Sequence record: PP496436.1
Length of the DNA stretch: 64,000 bases
Strand: one strand, 5' to 3'
The first letter of the stretch is position 1. Each line of letters starts with the position of its first letter. The notes beneath the pieces were generated by a model. It searched no databases. It had not been told where the DNA came from and saw only the letters and a list, made by a program, of their open reading frames with translations. The position numbers and the translations under genes are program-made. Shown in pieces: positions 9,302-18,053 of the stretch.

Positions 9302-9320
9302 ATGCGTGTAATTAGGACTT
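9302..9320 (-). promoter_or_regulatory. Candidate phage late promoter (AAGTCCTAATTACACGCAT)
   Basis: Intergenic, just downstream of a terminator; the 13-mer AAGTCCTAATTAC also occurs at 2993-3005 on the plus strand upstream of the lyase. Confidence 0.45.
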
Positions 9321-9327
9321 TCAGACA

Positions 9328-9363
9328 AATAAAAGCCCGCACGGCGGGGGCCAATGCGGGCTT
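9328..9363 (-). terminator. Intrinsic terminator
   Basis: AAGCCCGCA/TGCGGGCTT stem followed by TTTATTT on the minus strand. Confidence 0.8.
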
Positions 9364-9366
9364 AAA

Positions 9367-10575
9367 TTATGCAGATGGTACAGGATCCCAACTTACCTTG
9401 AATACTTTGCCTAGGTATTTGACAACCCGGCTGTAGTTCTTGGACTCGTCCATAATGCCGATCACGTAGTTGAGCACGTCACCCCGGATCTGTGAATGAC
9501 TCCACGCTTGGGGTACACCTTTCATGTAGTCCTGTGCTGGACCTGGAATCCACTTGGCGCTGGCTGCGGAGTGCAACGTCAGGTTAGTAGCACTCATCTC
9601 TGTCAGCTTGATCGCACCCAAGTCCCGGAGGACCAGCATCAAGGTGTTGATTGCCCGGTAGCTTGGCAGGTCCATATTGCGGCATACGCCTTGAACCGTG
9701 GCGAAGTCGATGAACTCATTGGGCTTGAACATTTCCGCAGGCTTAGGGTAATGATCGATAACCTTGAATGGTTCGTAGTACGGCCCCTTCTCAGTCTTAG
9801 GCGGTTCCTTTTCCATGGATCTAACCAGATCGTCGATAGCCTCCGGACACATTGAGTTCTCACGTCGCGGTTCGCTGACGATGGTTGCCAACACCTTAGG
9901 GGCATCCCACTTGGCTGGCTCTTTAACTGACAACGGCGGCGATGGGTCAACGGCCAGCACTGGCGCTGGAACTTCCGGTTTGGCCGGGGTCACCGGCTTC
10001 GCAGGCTGCGTTTTGGGCGGCTTTGCTGGTTTGGCCGGGGATTGTGTAGCTTTCGGCAGTTTGTTCAAGGCGGAGCGTTTTACGGGCTTGCGAGTGGCGA
10101 GCATGATGTCGAGCGTGTGCTTGGTCTCAGGACACTTGCACGCGTTCATCAGATCCACGATGGCGTTGATCGGCATCATCATGCTCTCAGCTTGCAATTC
10201 TCCGTCAGGAATCTTGATCGGTTTGCTTTGGCCCGGCTGACGTACTATCTCAAAGTGCAGCAGGTTGTCAGCCAGTCCCGGAATGTTGGCCCAGTACTCA
10301 CAGACGGATTTTATGTCGTCGTGAGTCTTAGGCAGTTGAAGCAGATGCTTGCGCAGGGACGCGCCGGAATAGGTGAGCCCGCAAGACTTGAGTGCCGAAG
10401 CAATCTGCTCGAACGAGGCGCCATACGTACGCATCCTGACAATACCCGGCAATGCCTTGTCCAACAACAACTGTACTTCTTTTCTTATCTTGCGCGGTCC
10501 ATCGTAGTCGTACTCTTCGGCCAGCTTTAGGAACTGGTCAAGATCAAACTGTGGTTTATCAGTTGTGTCTTTCAT
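9367..10575 (-). CDS. Hypothetical protein, possible N-terminal HTH and Pro/Lys-rich linker
   Basis: GASFEQIASALKSCGLTYSGASLRKHL resembles an HTH; central PAKP repeats. Confidence 0.7.
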   Translation of the reverse strand: MKDTTDKPQFDLDQFLKLAEEYDYDGPRKIRKEVQLLLDKALPGIVRMRTYGASFEQIASALKSCGLTYSGASLRKHLLQLPKTHDDIKSVCEYWANIPGLADNLLHFEIVRQPGQSKPIKIPDGELQAESMMMPINAIVDLMNACKCPETKHTLDIMLATRKPVKRSALNKLPKATQSPAKPAKPPKTQPAKPVTPAKPEVPAPVLAVDPSPPLSVKEPAKWDAPKVLATIVSEPRRENSMCPEAIDDLVRSMEKEPPKTEKGPYYEPFKVIDHYPKPAEMFKPNEFIDFATVQGVCRNMDLPSYRAINTLMLVLRDLGAIKLTEMSATNLTLHSAASAKWIPGPAQDYMKGVPQAWSHSQIRGDVLNYVIGIMDESKNYSRVVKYLGKVFKVSWDPVPSA

Positions 10576-10628
10576 TTAGGGTAGTCTCAAAGTGGGGAGG
10601 AACCTACCCTCCCCTTGTTACGTACAGT

Positions 10629-11747
10629 TTATACCGGATGGTGATCAGGGTCTGTATCAGCGAGTGTCGTATCCTTGCTGAAGTCTTCATCTTCCGCAGG
10701 TGATGTGGGCACCTCCTCGGAATCATCCATAGTCCAAATAGGGAGATCAGCTAGCGAAATGTACCGACGCTCCTGACGATCCCCACCGACGCACGCACTT
10801 CCCTTGCCAGCCATGCGAGGATCATCTACGCTGTCCACGTTCTTGGCGCGGGCGTACGCGAACATCTTCTTGCCGAAATACTCGCCTGCGTACACATTGG
10901 AAGCTACGGGGCTTACGTCTACTGGCCCGCTATAGTTAAGGTGATCCAGTAGTCGATACAGAGTGTAAGGATCGAGCACCCGAGCAGTCTCATCCGTGAT
11001 GACCAAGTTCATCTCACTCATGTAGACCCAATCCTTGGTAGTTGCCTCCAAGATGGCGATGGCGCGGGCAGGGGTAATATGGAGGAACTTCTTGAGCTCT
11101 TCATCCCCAACCCAAGCGTTGGTCAACCGATCAGGTGATGAATCACCCTCACTCTCTTTGATGTGCAGGTTGAAGTTACCGAATCCTTTACCAAACCTGT
11201 CGGCCCAGCGTGGATACCAGGTTCGCTCCAGCGCGTATTTGGTGTACAGATCAGGGAATACCCAGTGCGAAGGGTGGACGAGGTATCCGGTAGGGCTGTA
11301 GCCTAACGTGCGCTCCACGATCTCCGACATCAAGCAGCAGGTGAAACAGTGTTCCATCTTGCCAACATCGGGGAGGAAGACCACATAACCGAAAGCATTG
11401 CACTTGATCTCGGAATGGTGGGAGTCCATTCCGAGACACTGGATGTGCGCTGGGATGTCTTTGGACTTGACCACATCCCGGTAGAAGGCTTCGGCCATGG
11501 CGATGCTGGAGCCGATCAAGGTGAGCAGTGCAACTTCTCCGGAAACCGCAGCTTTCATCACTTCCGTTTCACGGGTGGATCGGCATACTCTGGTCAATGC
11601 CATCTTGCTGTAGCTGTGTAGCAGGCCGCTCAGCGTGGCCGTGAACAGTGGCTCTGAATCAAGCAACACGAACTGCGACGCATCCTCGGGGAAGACGAGG
11701 GAGTGTGCAGATGATGGACGTACTTCTCTTGGTTTGATATAGCTCAT
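10629..11747 (-). CDS. Hypothetical protein
   Basis: 372-aa ORF with AGGA SD; no recognisable motif. Confidence 0.75.
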   Translation of the reverse strand: MSYIKPREVRPSSAHSLVFPEDASQFVLLDSEPLFTATLSGLLHSYSKMALTRVCRSTRETEVMKAAVSGEVALLTLIGSSIAMAEAFYRDVVKSKDIPAHIQCLGMDSHHSEIKCNAFGYVVFLPDVGKMEHCFTCCLMSEIVERTLGYSPTGYLVHPSHWVFPDLYTKYALERTWYPRWADRFGKGFGNFNLHIKESEGDSSPDRLTNAWVGDEELKKFLHITPARAIAILEATTKDWVYMSEMNLVITDETARVLDPYTLYRLLDHLNYSGPVDVSPVASNVYAGEYFGKKMFAYARAKNVDSVDDPRMAGKGSACVGGDRQERRYISLADLPIWTMDDSEEVPTSPAEDEDFSKDTTLADTDPDHHPV

Positions 11748-11827
11748 TTGAGGTTTCCTGCGCCATTGCGCATGGGTGGGTGAAAGAGTGGCCTACGCAT
11801 TGCAGGTCCACCCCAGTTGCTTCAGTG

Positions 11828-12118
11828 TTACTCGACCAATACTTTGACGAAGATTACGTCTTCGTATTCACGCAGTCGCTTGGTGAAGGACTCTACAACT
11901 TCGGCCAACGGCACGAAGATCATGTCGCGGGCCACGGTCTCTACTGCGAAGAAAGACGCATCGGTGCGCACGTATACTCGATTGACCGCTGATTTCGAGG
12001 ACGATTCATCTTCGCACTCCGTACACACGGCGGTAGAAGACTGGAGCGTAACGATATACGACTTAGTGTTATCCGGTTCCAGAGAATCGAGCGTGCCTAC
12101 GTCTTTTGTATCACTCAT
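11828..12118 (-). CDS. Hypothetical protein
   Basis: 96-aa ORF overlapping the RecA-like stop. Confidence 0.65.
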   Translation of the reverse strand: MSDTKDVGTLDSLEPDNTKSYIVTLQSSTAVCTECEDESSSKSAVNRVYVRTDASFFAVETVARDMIFVPLAEVVESFTKRLREYEDVIFVKVLVE

Positions 12119-13667
12119 CTTCTACTTCCTCTTCTTCCTCATCCAACCCGGCGCCGGACAAGTGGTTGAAATACAACTCCAGGCCACGGCCCGAAGAAAT
12201 CTGTGCGGCCAGCACTTCACGGATGTCGAAGTCTTTCACTTCCCATTCCGCCGTCAGCTCCTTGCGGGCTTTGCCTTTGAACAGAACCAGTTGCTTCAGG
12301 TCTTCCCACGTCAAGTCCAGCTCAGGGATAGACTTGCTGTCGGCGTGCAGCGTGAAGGTCTTCATGTTGCCGGACAACTGGCCGGTCATCCGCAGGTAGT
12401 ACCACGTATCCCAGACCGGATCGAAGCCACGACCTTTACCGGTGGCGTCACTGATCCACAAGCGCTGCCAGATTTCAAGGTTGTCAACCCCGTACTTGTT
12501 CTTGATCGCCTTCATGTTGATGAAGCGGTAGGTATCCGTACCGGATGCACCAACGCTCGGCTCTTCCATCGTTGCGCCAGTGGCCGAGATGAAGTCCGGA
12601 CAAACGCGAGGGGTCTGCATGATCCGGGCGCCCGTGGCGTGCTTGATCGCCATACCGCCAGGTTCGTAGTTCGGGTTGCCCATTCTCATACCCGGATTCT
12701 GACGAATCTGGTTAATCGACACCACGGTAGCCATCTTCTTACGGAGTCGGCCCCACACCTTCTTGATGTGTTTGGAGTGCATGCGCGCATCCAGAGCCAT
12801 ACCCCGGCTACCATCACCGTCTTCCCCTTCGTCTTCCTCGGTGGTCATCGAGGCGATGGAGTCGAGCAGGATCAGGCACTGCATCATGCCGCCGTTGGGC
12901 GACTTCATCCGCAGCTTGCCCTTGTAGATGGTATACTTGCCCTTGAACTTGCTCATGTTCTCTTTGGTGCGGTCATACAGCAGATACCACTCGCCGTTGA
13001 TATGCACCTTGTCGGGCAGCTGTTTCAGGATCGACGACATCACCTTGTAGAACTTCTCGCCCGAAGATTCGTTGTAGTAACGAATGCGAGGCGGGATGAT
13101 GTAGTTACCTTTGTCGTCCTTCACGCCGAACATACGCTTCATGCTGATCTTTATGCCTTGAGCTTCGAGCATGTTGACGATGTAGTCTTCGGCACCGGTG
13201 TTCTCATAGTCCCACCAAAAGGACATAGGAACGCCAGCCAGACAGATGGAACCCAACCACGACATCAGGTTGGTGGACTTGCCCGAGCCTTCTGGCCCTG
13301 AGAAGTTGTACCAGCCGCCGGGATAGATACCACCCGCCAGCATAAGATCGGTGCACAGCATCCCCGTGGACACTCGCCCTTCCCGGAGGATCTCCAAGTC
13401 CGATACGCCTTGGACGATGTTGAAGTGTTCCTCCACCTTGTCAATCATGGCGGTGACGCCCATCATGTCAAGTATTTCGTCTACCATGTCTTCGCGGGAC
13501 TTGGCAGGTGGTTCAGATTTTGCAGCGGCTGCTTTGTTGGCCCCACGCTTCGCGGGTACCTTGGCGTCCTCGATCAGCTTTTCCGCAAGTGCGCTGACCT
13601 TTTTCTTGGTTGCTACCGTCGCAGTCTTGACGGGTTTAGCTTTAGCTCTGGTAGTGGCTGCTGCCAT
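12111..13667 (-). CDS. recA: RecA/UvsX-like recombinase
   Basis: Walker A GPEGSGKST; RVSTGMLCTDLMLAGG; LILLDSIASM; VVSINQIRQ; GGMAIKH; KNK. Start moved to ATG 13667, downstream of the terminator. Confidence 0.9.
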   Translation of the reverse strand: MAAATTRAKAKPVKTATVATKKKVSALAEKLIEDAKVPAKRGANKAAAAKSEPPAKSREDMVDEILDMMGVTAMIDKVEEHFNIVQGVSDLEILREGRVSTGMLCTDLMLAGGIYPGGWYNFSGPEGSGKSTNLMSWLGSICLAGVPMSFWWDYENTGAEDYIVNMLEAQGIKISMKRMFGVKDDKGNYIIPPRIRYYNESSGEKFYKVMSSILKQLPDKVHINGEWYLLYDRTKENMSKFKGKYTIYKGKLRMKSPNGGMMQCLILLDSIASMTTEEDEGEDGDGSRGMALDARMHSKHIKKVWGRLRKKMATVVSINQIRQNPGMRMGNPNYEPGGMAIKHATGARIMQTPRVCPDFISATGATMEEPSVGASGTDTYRFINMKAIKNKYGVDNLEIWQRLWISDATGKGRGFDPVWDTWYYLRMTGQLSGNMKTFTLHADSKSIPELDLTWEDLKQLVLFKGKARKELTAEWEVKDFDIREVLAAQISSGRGLELYFNHLSGAGLDEEEEEVEDE

Positions 13668-13686
13668 GGAGATGTACCTGCGTCGT

Positions 13687-13731
13687 AAATAAAAATGGGG
13701 CACCGACCAGCGAACCGGCAGATGCCCCATT
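13687..13731 (-). terminator. Intrinsic terminator after the acidic protein and its in-frame extension
   Basis: AATGGGGCA/TGCCCCATT stem followed by a T-tract on the minus strand. Confidence 0.8.
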
Positions 13732-13747
13732 AGGGTTGCGCAACAGA

Positions 13748-13924
13748 TCACTTACGTGACTTGCGACGCTTCGCTTTGACCGTACTCACCGCCTTGAAGC
13801 CGGGCTTATTGTAGTCCGGTCTGGCATCGGCGGCGAGGTTGAACAACCCCCCGCTGCTCGGGTCAAAGCCTTTGGCGGATCGGCCCTTCGGCTTACCGCC
13901 GCCGGACTTACCGCCGGCCTGCAG
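13748..13924 (-). other. In-frame 58-codon basic extension after the UGA of the acidic protein (read-through candidate)
   Basis: TGA CTG CAG GCC GGC GGT AAG ... AAG TGA gives LQAGGKSGGGKPKGRSAKGFDPSSGGLFNLAADARPDYNKPGFKAVSTVKAKRRKSRK*; no ATG or SD of its own. Confidence 0.55.
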
Positions 13925-14728
13925 TCACTCGATGTCGAGTTCGATCTTCAGCTTTTTGGCCGCTTTGACGATCTTGTCCTTGCCCGCTTCGACAACTTTC
14001 TCGACGATGGCGTCGGTGTCGTCCTTGCGGCCGATGGTGATCTTCAGCGCTTTGGCCAGCGACTTCAGTTCGTCTTCGTCCAGCTCTTCGAGGGCGTCTT
14101 GGAGTTCTTCTTCCTCCTCTTCTTCCTCCTCGTTTTCTTCTTCCTCTTCTTCACCGTCGCCCAGTTCGATTTCCAGCTCTTCAGCTGCGTCACGAACGTC
14201 GTCTTCGTCTTCTTCGAGGATCAGCGCGATGATCGCGTCTTCGTCGTCTTTCTTGCCGACTTTGATTTCCAGCTCTTTGGCCAGCGCTTTGAGGTCTTTC
14301 AGAGAAACTTCACCGAGTTCGGCTTCGAGGTCGCCTTCCTCTTTTTCGTCTTCCTCTTCCTCTTCCTCCTCGTTTTCTTCTTCCTCTTCTTCGGATTCCT
14401 CCAGTTCGAGGTCGATGTCCAGCGCGTCGGCCGCGTCTTCGATGTCCGACTGCGAAGCACCTTCGGCCAGAGCTTCGGCCATGGCTTCTTCGTCAGCGCC
14501 CTTGGCGAACTTGACCTTCAGCTTCTTGCCCAGCTGCTTCAGCTCGTCTTCGTCCAGATCGGCCAGCGCTTCGATCAGTGCTTCCTTGTCGTCGCCCTTG
14601 TCACCGCCGCCTTCTTCGTCCAGCTCTTCCGCCAGTTCAGCGATTTCGGCGAATGCTGCCTTGGCCTTTTTGTCCTTGGTCGCTTCTGCTGCTGCTTCGG
14701 CCAGTTCGATGATTTTTTCAACAGACAT
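13925..14728 (-). CDS. Highly acidic protein with three Rho-N/HeH-like helical repeats and poly-Glu linkers
   Basis: Repeats LDEDELKQLGKKLKV, SLKDLKALAKELEI..KKDDEDAIIALI, LDEDELKSLAKALKI..RKDDTDAIVEKV; EEEEEENEEEEEEE occurs twice; GAGG SD. Confidence 0.85.
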   Translation of the reverse strand: MSVEKIIELAEAAAEATKDKKAKAAFAEIAELAEELDEEGGGDKGDDKEALIEALADLDEDELKQLGKKLKVKFAKGADEEAMAEALAEGASQSDIEDAADALDIDLELEESEEEEEENEEEEEEEDEKEEGDLEAELGEVSLKDLKALAKELEIKVGKKDDEDAIIALILEEDEDDVRDAAEELEIELGDGEEEEEENEEEEEEEEELQDALEELDEDELKSLAKALKITIGRKDDTDAIVEKVVEAGKDKIVKAAKKLKIELDIE

Positions 14729-14826
14729 GGTACATCCTCTTTACGGGTAGGGTGCCAACTAAGGCTCTTTAATCAACGGGGCGCCGTTTGGCTCACCCCG
14801 TTATACGAATGATTTACAGCGGTCTT

Positions 14827-15909
14827 TCAGCGACGACTTGAACGCGAGGATCTTGTCGAAGTTTTCTCTTTGTCGCGGCTGGTACGGCTGCTGCGTTCCG
14901 ACCGGCTCGACGTTGATTTACCGGACTTCTCCGGCTTATCCGCTTTCGCAGTCTTTTCGCGGCGGGAAGTACGCTCTGGCTTCTCTTCACGGCTGCTGCG
15001 CTTGCTGCCTCGCAGTGGACGATCCGATTCACGTTTACGCTTGCTGCCCCGGTCGAGATCCTTACCAGCTTTCTCTTCTTCCTCCTCGACTTCCTCGGCG
15101 TCAGGAGCCTTGGATTCCAAGCTTGCCACTTCCTTTACAGCATCTGCGTAGGACATTGGCTGGTCGAGGTTGCCGAGAATGTCCCACTGCAGATACTTCT
15201 GCTCGGTGCGGGACAGCGGGGTATGGCCTGTGCTGGAGTCCAACTGCACGTCATACATGTCCGACGCCGACTTCGCGTCTTTGTCGTAGGACACCAGAAT
15301 GTCCCGACCGAACTCGGGATCACCCAGCGGCATAATCTGCACGCCCTGCTTGGTTTTCACCTTGTTGGTGTCTTCCAGCTTCTTGATCTTACCAGCGATA
15401 CGGTCAGTAACCCGCATGACGCGAACCGGGGTCCATGAGGCGCTGTTGATGTTGTCCACGAAGCCGGTCTTCTTCTCGTTGGCCGAGTGCTCGGGGACAC
15501 GCTTCGGCTCGCTGTCTTGCAGTTCCCGCACGATGACCGGTACGTAGTAGTACTTCTTGGTCTGCTTGGGGTTTTCGATCTCAGCGAACGGGCAGTCGAT
15601 GGTGGTGTCGAAGGTGTCTGCATCCCGGTCGAAGTTCAACGGGGTATGCGAGATATCGAACTCACCCTTCGGCGTAACGATCTTGATCGAGTACACCACA
15701 TCTGGAATCGGATCACCGACGATACGCACAGCGATGAAAGCACCACCTGGCGGGTATTCGATCATCTTCACTTTCTTGTTGAAGTACACCCGTTTGCCGC
15801 CGGTCTGGCCAGCATTGGTCGCACCGAAACCTTTACGGGCTGGGGCAGCACCAACGCTACCACCTCCACCAGTACGGGTACGACCTGTTCTTGCACTGTC
15901 ACGTGCCAT
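14827..15909 (-). CDS. Putative single-stranded DNA-binding protein (gp32-like) with an Arg/Ser-rich tail
   Basis: Lies upstream of RecA; YYVPVIVR, GRDILVSY...MYDV pattern typical of phage SSBs; basic low-complexity C-terminus. Confidence 0.55.
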   Translation of the reverse strand: MARDSARTGRTRTGGGGSVGAAPARKGFGATNAGQTGGKRVYFNKKVKMIEYPPGGAFIAVRIVGDPIPDVVYSIKIVTPKGEFDISHTPLNFDRDADTFDTTIDCPFAEIENPKQTKKYYYVPVIVRELQDSEPKRVPEHSANEKKTGFVDNINSASWTPVRVMRVTDRIAGKIKKLEDTNKVKTKQGVQIMPLGDPEFGRDILVSYDKDAKSASDMYDVQLDSSTGHTPLSRTEQKYLQWDILGNLDQPMSYADAVKEVASLESKAPDAEEVEEEEEKAGKDLDRGSKRKRESDRPLRGSKRSSREEKPERTSRREKTAKADKPEKSGKSTSSRSERSSRTSRDKEKTSTRSSRSSRR

Positions 15910-15968
15910 GGGACATCCTCTTTCGGTTAGCTTACATCCCGTATTTACAGGATCTGATTTGGGGTGGA

Positions 15969-16478
15969 TTATTTCGGATCTGAAACTGGCTGCATGTCCA
16001 TTAATTTACCGGACACCAGCACGAACATCTCCAGAAAAGCGCGGGTAACCACGTTCTTCTTACGCTGGGACTCTTGAATCCGCAGCATGGAGTTGAAGGT
16101 GGCCAGCCGCAACGATGCCGAGGCGCTAAGCGCTGCATCGAAATACTCGGTCAGAGCCATTCCTTCCAGAACCTTGAAAGGAACCCCGGTAGTCTTCCAA
16201 TCAACGGGTAGGACCACGGAGTCTGCGTCGCCGTTATAATTAGGCCACCCCGGCTTGCCCAGGCTTGGAACGTATACCGAATCCTTATCCAGACCGGACT
16301 TACCAATCTCGGATAGCACGCGGTCCACCTGCATGTCGAACCACGCCCGTAGCGTAGAATCCATGGCCTCGAACTGGGCAAGACTCATAGTGGACAGGAT
16401 CACCGGGGTCAGTACTGTCTCGTTCGTGAACACCGGCAGTTCTTTATCGAACGGTGAGCTCTCGTCGTTACTGAGCAT
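15969..16478 (-). CDS. Hypothetical protein
   Basis: 169-aa ORF overlapping the upstream stop. Confidence 0.7.
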   Translation of the reverse strand: MLSNDESSPFDKELPVFTNETVLTPVILSTMSLAQFEAMDSTLRAWFDMQVDRVLSEIGKSGLDKDSVYVPSLGKPGWPNYNGDADSVVLPVDWKTTGVPFKVLEGMALTEYFDAALSASASLRLATFNSMLRIQESQRKKNVVTRAFLEMFVLVSGKLMDMQPVSDPK

Positions 16479-17013
16479 CGTTGTTACCTTTGGCTACGTG
16501 CATCAGGTGTTGATCCCAGTTCTCCATGGTGGGGGAGCTCTCATCCTGAGCCATGCTCGAATAATCTACGAGCTGCTTTTTGCCTACCCAGTCCTTGAAG
16601 GCTTCTACCGCAGGCGATGCATCGTGACGGGCGCTGAGAGTGATAACTTCATCACGGGTGGTCAGGAAGCCGAGGAAGTCCATGATTGCCATCTGCACCA
16701 GCTCGGTATTGATACGAGACTGATCCGGGTGCGGCTGGTAGTTCTGGCTGAACTGGGTCTTACCAATGACATCGAGCCGACGCTGACCATGCTCATCCAG
16801 CTCTTTCTGCAAGCGGACCAGTCCGTCCAGTCCTGCATAACCTGGGTGTTCGGCGGCTTGTGCAGCGGAATCAATCGCGGTCTTGACGGCTGCATGTTGA
16901 TCTGGAGTCAGTTCCTCCACTTTGGCGTATGCGACGCCTGTGGTGTTCAGCTGCTTGATCTGATCTTCGGTCAGTTGCGCGCCCATGGAGGGGTAGTCTT
17001 TCTTGTCAGTCAT
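16468..17013 (-). CDS. Hypothetical protein
   Basis: GAGG SD before ATG 17013 (MTDKKD). Confidence 0.7.
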   Translation of the reverse strand: MTDKKDYPSMGAQLTEDQIKQLNTTGVAYAKVEELTPDQHAAVKTAIDSAAQAAEHPGYAGLDGLVRLQKELDEHGQRRLDVIGKTQFSQNYQPHPDQSRINTELVQMAIMDFLGFLTTRDEVITLSARHDASPAVEAFKDWVGKKQLVDYSSMAQDESSPTMENWDQHLMHVAKGNNDAQ

Positions 17014-17084
17014 TTCAGATGCCTCATTAGGGTAGGAACACCAGATGTCGTACAGTGGTGTGTACATTGGGGTAGGGCCTTATG

Positions 17085-18044
17085 TCAGTCCAAGTTGAAT
17101 GCTGACCTGGCATAGCCAACTGGGTCTGCGTATACACATAACTGGTAGATGCGGTCCGTACTGTTCTGCTCCACGATAGCTTCCTCGTAAGACGGAACCG
17201 AAACCTCTTCCACCGAAGGGTCGTCCATTCCCGTATACAGATTGGTTTGGCCCTCACCTTCTACCGCTTCCACACTCGGGACGTAATACGCCAGCCCCAG
17301 ATAGTGGTTGAACTCGTTACTGGTCTTCGCATCCTTCACCCAAAACTCAAGGTAGGATGTGAACGTACCCTTGCTGACCTTGTACTTGTTGATCGCCCGC
17401 AGGGTGGCCAGCATGTAATTCTGGGCCATGTCATTGATGTCCACCTTGATCTTGGACATCGTGACTTCCTTGCGCACCTTGGAGAACAACCACCGGCTGT
17501 ACTTCTTAGCGATCAGCTTGCGCAACTCATTAGCCAGACCATACCACATGATTACCTGACGCCGGGCTGCCCAAAGATCACGGTGACCGGTATAGCGAAC
17601 ACTGGCTTCGATCTCTGACTTGCTCCGAACCAGCGTGTGGTAGTTAGCTTTAGTCGCGGTTGCCAGCTCAAGGCACACCCCGTCGTAGCCTTCCGTACGC
17701 TCAAGGAAAGCCTCGATGATGGCGTGATACATGGTTCTTTCCAACTGCATATCGAAGAACAGGGTCAGCTTTTCCTGTGGATCTTTCACCGACAGGAACC
17801 CGGCCATCAGAGATACAACGTCACCCCGTGAGAAGGAGGACAGCTTGCGCCGCTTGTTCATCATCTGCCACGACATGGTAGTGGATACCACCTCATCGGC
17901 GATCAGCGTGGTTTGGAAGATGACCAGTAATGCCCGGCCAATGAGGTCATCAAGTAGGCCGAACATCTGTGCACTGGTCAGGGTGAGATCATAGGGGTTG
18001 TTGCCTTTCATCCACCCCATCACGTCTTGATAGTGACCGGCCAT
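17085..18044 (-). CDS. Phage sigma-70-like factor (region 2 only, no clear region 4)
   Basis: DINDMAQNYMLATLRAINKYKVSKGTFTSYLEFWVK matches sigma-70 region 2 (DLIQEG..GL..AVEKFD...G.KFSTYA.WWIR). Confidence 0.75.
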   Translation of the reverse strand: MAGHYQDVMGWMKGNNPYDLTLTSAQMFGLLDDLIGRALLVIFQTTLIADEVVSTTMSWQMMNKRRKLSSFSRGDVVSLMAGFLSVKDPQEKLTLFFDMQLERTMYHAIIEAFLERTEGYDGVCLELATATKANYHTLVRSKSEIEASVRYTGHRDLWAARRQVIMWYGLANELRKLIAKKYSRWLFSKVRKEVTMSKIKVDINDMAQNYMLATLRAINKYKVSKGTFTSYLEFWVKDAKTSNEFNHYLGLAYYVPSVEAVEGEGQTNLYTGMDDPSVEEVSVPSYEEAIVEQNSTDRIYQLCVYADPVGYARSAFNLD

Positions 18045-18053
18045 GACCTACTC

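Noticed and set aside
11817-13301. 494-aa plus-strand ORF and other long antisense ORFs (e.g. 13839..14750, 18942..20000, 43933..45339, 54129..56033)
   Set aside because: Shadow ORFs opposite well-supported minus-strand genes, caused by codon bias; no SD or motifs.
14100-14400. TTC/CTC-rich repeats as a possible array or origin
   Set aside because: They encode the poly-Glu tracts of the acidic protein.
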